A DNA stretch of 64,000 nucleotides from Thermoplasmatota archaeon (GTDB lineage Archaea > Thermoplasmatota > E2 > JACPAO01 > JAHFTW01), in the NCBI GenBank assembly GCA_041601615.1, contig JBFIHX010000009.1, forward strand, positions 30,182-94,181, in the 5' to 3' direction. A program made the position numbers and the translations under genes. Within the stretch, counting starts at the first letter, position 1. Each line of letters opens with the position of its first letter. The notes below the pieces were generated by a model. The model was not told the DNA's origin and made no database searches. It saw nothing but the letters and a program-made list of their open reading frames with translations. Positions 60,367 through 64,000 of the stretch are shown here, piece by piece.

Positions 60367-61353
60367 CTAGGGTTCATAGTGGACCATGACGTCGAAGGTC
60401 ATGGTCGAAACGCCGCCAGTGGCGAGGGCGAATACGCTGTAGAGCGGGCTCGATACCAGCGGGTCGCCGCCGCGGGCCGATTCGGCAGTGGTGCTGCTTG
60501 CCTCGGAGAGAGCGACTTGCTCGGGGCTGCAGAGCGCGAATTGGCCGCTGCCGGCAGTCATTTCGGCGCTGAGCCAGCGGGCGTTCGATTGGACGCTGAA
60601 TTTGGCGTGGTCCATGAAGCGTTGCCAGAGGAGGTTCTCTCCGAGTTCGGGGTAGTCGCAGGCATCGGCGCTGTGGCCGGTGGGGAGTGCCAGGTCCACG
60701 GGGACACTGACGGACTTGAGACTGTTGACATACAGCATGACGTCCAGCACGTCCACGGCGCCGTCGTCATCGAGGACGCGCAGGGTGACGTTGACGGCGC
60801 CTTCGTGTGCAAAGGAGAGCACGGCGTCCACGAAGCCATCCGAGTAGAGTTGGACGGTGCGGGTGCCGTTGCTGTCGCGTACGGTGAGGGCGGCCAGTTG
60901 GATGCTGCTGTCATCGGTGCTGGCAGCGGCACTGAAGGTGACGTTTTCGCCTGCGAGGATGTAGTTGGTGCCATCCTGGACGACGCCGGCCGTGCTGGTC
61001 ATTGTGAGGTTGGCGACGGGGGCCACGTTGGGGGCGGAGTTGACGTTGGTGCCGGGGCATTCGGAGACCGCGCCGGTGGTGGCTGCAAGGTCGTCCATGG
61101 TGCCGTTGTCTTCCTCGATTTGGCGCGAGGCGAGCATTGCGAGGGTGCCGTTGAGGGGGTCGACGGGTTCGTCGGCGGACTCATCTGCGGCGCTGGTGTC
61201 CTCTTGGGCGGCGTCGCCCTGTCCGTCGAGGGTGTTTGCGCAGGGGTCCACGGTCAGGAGGTCGTCGTCATCCTTGGTGTCGTCGCCGCCGAAGCATCCG
61301 GACAGGGCCACGGACGCGGCCAGGCAGGCGATTAGCAGGGCATTCCATCGCAT
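60367..61353 (-). CDS. PKD-domain lipoprotein, paralog of 58837..59760
   Basis: LSGC lipobox; shared PVANLT, DSNGTRT, RVLDDDG, VMVHYE. Confidence 0.85.
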   Translation of the reverse strand: MRWNALLIACLAASVALSGCFGGDDTKDDDDLLTVDPCANTLDGQGDAAQEDTSAADESADEPVDPLNGTLAMLASRQIEEDNGTMDDLAATTGAVSECPGTNVNSAPNVAPVANLTMTSTAGVVQDGTNYILAGENVTFSAAASTDDSSIQLAALTVRDSNGTRTVQLYSDGFVDAVLSFAHEGAVNVTLRVLDDDGAVDVLDVMLYVNSLKSVSVPVDLALPTGHSADACDYPELGENLLWQRFMDHAKFSVQSNARWLSAEMTAGSGQFALCSPEQVALSEASSTTAESARGGDPLVSSPLYSVFALATGGVSTMTFDVMVHYEP

Positions 61354-61459
61354 GTTCACAGTGCACGACCCCGGGTGCCGGACTTCAACGTTGTGGGGAC
61401 TTTCGCGACCGTGCAGGCGGCCAAGGCCTTTCTATGCGGTTTTCTTGGGAAACGATGCC

Positions 61460-63898
61460 ATGGCTCTGGAGCGTTGGGACGTCCGGCAAGAAGAGAAGGT
61501 CGCAGAAGAACTTGGGTCGTCCCCGGTTTCGTTCGTGGGCGACGGCGCTCGACCGGTCTGGAGCATTGACACACCGCCGCCGTATCCGAGCGGAAAGTGG
61601 CATGTGGGTGCGGTTGCGGGCTACAGCCTCATCGACATGATTGCGCGCAGCAAGCGCATGGCGGGCTTCGACGTCTTGTTTCCGTGGGGCACGGACCGCA
61701 ACGGCATCAACATCGAGTTCACGGTGGAAAAGAAGCACAAGAAGCCGATGCGCTTCTGGGCCAAGGACTTCGGCGCCGTCGAGGGCCGCACCATGTTCAA
61801 CGATGCGTGCCGCGAGGAAATCAGCGTCTTTAGCGAGGACATGAAGCGCGTCGGCCGCCGCATCGGCTTGTCCTGCGACTTCGACCAGGGCTACGAGACA
61901 GACTCCCCGGCGTACCGCGCATTTAGCCAGGCGCAATTTCTGAAGTTGTTCGAGGAAGGCTACATCGTCGAGGACCTTCGACCAAACACCTACGATCCGA
62001 AGCTCGGCACGAGCATTGCCGACGCCGAAGTATACTACGAGGAGCGAAAGACGCGCCTCAACCACGTGCACTGGACCTGCAAGGAAACCGGCGAGACACT
62101 GAAAATCAGCACCACGCGCCCGGAACTAATCTGCGCCTGCCGCGCCGTGCTGGTCCACCCCGACAACGAAGCGACCGCCCACCTCATCGGTAAGACCGCC
62201 GTCCTCCCCATCGAGCGTGGCGAGGACCTGGGTCGCGAAGTGCCAATCATGGCCCATTCGCACGTCAAGACCGACTTTGGCAGCGGCGTCATGATGGTGT
62301 GCAGCTACGGTGACGCCGCCGACGTGCAATTGTTCCGAGAGCTCGAGCTCGACCCCATTGCCGCCATCGACATGGAAGGCAAGATGACCGCCGTTGCCGG
62401 CGCCTACGAGGGCTTGAAGGTGGAGGAGGCGCGCAAACAGATCATCGCGGACCTGGAAGAGGCCGGACTCTTGCCCGAGCACACCGTCGTCGACCAGAAA
62501 TTCCCCATCAGCGAGCGCAGCAAAGCCGCCGTGGAGACCATTCTCCTGAAGGAATGGTACGTCAAGCAGACCCACTGCACGGACGACCTGCGCCACATTG
62601 CCAAGGACATCAACTTCGTTCCCGCCAAGCACCGCCAGCTCTTGCTCGACTGGATTGACGGTGTGAGCATCGACTGGCCCATCAGTCGCCGCCGCTGGTA
62701 TCACACGGAGATTCCGTTGTGGCTCACCGTAGACGCAGACGGCAACGAAGCGCCCTACGTCATTGTCCCGCCGCACGACGCGACCGCCACGACCCACCCG
62801 TACCACCGACCGTGGGCAGAAGGCCCGCCCGCCGGCAGCCGCGTCCTGCACCGTGTCACCCGCGAACCACAAGGCTCCCTCGAAGATTTCCAAGCCACCC
62901 ATCCCGAACTGACGGTTGTCGGAGAAGGCAAGGTGTTCGACACCTGGATGGACTCCTCCGTCTCCAACCTCTACATTCTCAAGGACCACGCCGACAAGCC
63001 GTGGCACGCCGACCACACATGCAGCGTCCGCCCCCAGGGCCGCGACATTGTGCGCACCTGGCTCTACTACTCGCTTCTGAAGTCGTTCCTTCTCAAGGGC
63101 AAGTCCGGCTTCGAGAATGCTTGGATCCACGGCATGGGCATGGACAAGCACGGACGCAAGATGAGCAAGTCCGTCGGCAACGTCATCGACCCGGACACCA
63201 TCATCGACAAGCACGGCGCCGACGCGTTCCGCCTGTGGATTGCCGGCGAGTGCACCATCGGCGACGACTTCCGCATCGACGAGCAAAAAATCCAGGGCAC
63301 GGGCAAGTTCCTGCAAAAGCTTGCCAACGTCACCAACTTCGTGAGCCAATTCGAGGCTCCCGCGACCCGCCCTGAGACCCTCACCGCCACGGACGAGTGG
63401 ATCCTGGGCGAACTGGACGCCGTCACCACCCGTGCCGTGTCGGACTACGCCGAAATCGACTTCTTTGGCCCCGCCAACAGTGTGCGCGGCTTCGTCTGGA
63501 ACCTGTTTGCGCCCCACTACATGGAGATGGTCAAGGGCCGCGCCTACGACAAGGACCCCGCCGCGTGCTGGACCCTCAACGAAGTGGTGCGCCGCGTCCT
63601 TTTGCTGCTGGCTCCTCTGGCACCGTTTTCGACGCACTACCTGGCAAGCAATGTCTACGGCATGGATGTCCACCGCGCCGGCTTCCCCGAGCCGCTAGGG
63701 TTTGCAGCCAAGGACGGCCTGACGGAGGCGGTCACGGAGTTCAACGGCGCCGTGTGGAAGGCCAAGAAGGACGCCGGCCTGAGCCTTGCGGCTCCCATTG
63801 AGGGCATCGACGTGCCCGAGGCACTTGCCGGGATGAGCGTAGATTTCACTGCGATGCACAAACTCGGCGAGACTGCGCGTAGCGAAGTCTCGGCGTAG
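61460..63898 (+). CDS. valS: Valine--tRNA ligase (archaeal type)
   Basis: IDTPPPYPSG-HVGA, STTRPE, DWPISR, FDTWMDSS, RPQG, KMSKS. Confidence 0.95.
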   Translation: MALERWDVRQEEKVAEELGSSPVSFVGDGARPVWSIDTPPPYPSGKWHVGAVAGYSLIDMIARSKRMAGFDVLFPWGTDRNGINIEFTVEKKHKKPMRFWAKDFGAVEGRTMFNDACREEISVFSEDMKRVGRRIGLSCDFDQGYETDSPAYRAFSQAQFLKLFEEGYIVEDLRPNTYDPKLGTSIADAEVYYEERKTRLNHVHWTCKETGETLKISTTRPELICACRAVLVHPDNEATAHLIGKTAVLPIERGEDLGREVPIMAHSHVKTDFGSGVMMVCSYGDAADVQLFRELELDPIAAIDMEGKMTAVAGAYEGLKVEEARKQIIADLEEAGLLPEHTVVDQKFPISERSKAAVETILLKEWYVKQTHCTDDLRHIAKDINFVPAKHRQLLLDWIDGVSIDWPISRRRWYHTEIPLWLTVDADGNEAPYVIVPPHDATATTHPYHRPWAEGPPAGSRVLHRVTREPQGSLEDFQATHPELTVVGEGKVFDTWMDSSVSNLYILKDHADKPWHADHTCSVRPQGRDIVRTWLYYSLLKSFLLKGKSGFENAWIHGMGMDKHGRKMSKSVGNVIDPDTIIDKHGADAFRLWIAGECTIGDDFRIDEQKIQGTGKFLQKLANVTNFVSQFEAPATRPETLTATDEWILGELDAVTTRAVSDYAEIDFFGPANSVRGFVWNLFAPHYMEMVKGRAYDKDPAACWTLNEVVRRVLLLLAPLAPFSTHYLASNVYGMDVHRAGFPEPLGFAAKDGLTEAVTEFNGAVWKAKKDAGLSLAAPIEGIDVPEALAGMSVDFTAMHKLGETARSEVSA

Positions 63899-64000
63899 GC
63901 GAGGCTGCCAGAGGGCGGCTTGACCCTCGGCGAGACTGCGCGTAGCGAAGTCTCGGCGTAGGCGAGGCTGCCAGAGGGCGGCTTGACCCTCGGCGAGACT
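63863..64000. repeat. 63-bp perfect tandem repeat with internal hairpins, running off the window end
   Basis: Units start at 63863, 63926 and 63989 and are identical. Confidence 0.95.

Noticed and set aside
63863-64000. CRISPR array
   Set aside because: Units are identical over the full 63 bp, so there are no unique spacers; no cas genes in the window.

Overview
High-GC archaeal DNA, most likely an uncultured Thermoplasmatota lineage (inferred from RadA, PolD DP1, archaeal-type ValS, HVO_0476 zinc finger, DUF54 and long-form PdxS). Core genes are osmC, pdxS/pdxT, tldD/tldE, an RND/MMPL transporter, an ABC exporter, beta-carbonic anhydrase, a RibD-C reductase, TraB, an M28 peptidase, DP1, a PSD-like decarboxylase, three tRNAs, radA and valS. 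Accessory DNA is interleaved with these. The main find is a set of integron attC-like (59-base element) sites on the minus strand with no integrase in the window. Two of them (25299-25360 and 32604-32685) bracket a bacterial-type type IC restriction-modification operon carrying the PrrC anticodon nuclease (hsdM-hsdS-prrC-hsdR), with an inversely oriented RelE toxin-antitoxin pair next to it. A third, more decayed site follows a Fic gene beside tRNA-Ala. This suggests a frozen defence-cassette array in an archaeon. Also notable are (i) an operon of three very large Ala/Lys/Glu/Arg low-complexity proteins with Zn-ribbon and HhH/DUF4332 domains running into radA, (ii) an 11-kb island of secreted Cys-rich proteins and peptides, lipoproteins and membrane-anchored wHTH regulators, (iii) an ATPase gene flanked by a 100-bp direct repeat, and (iv) a 63-bp hairpin tandem repeat starting inside the valS 3' end. 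All calls come from reading motifs by eye; no searches were run.
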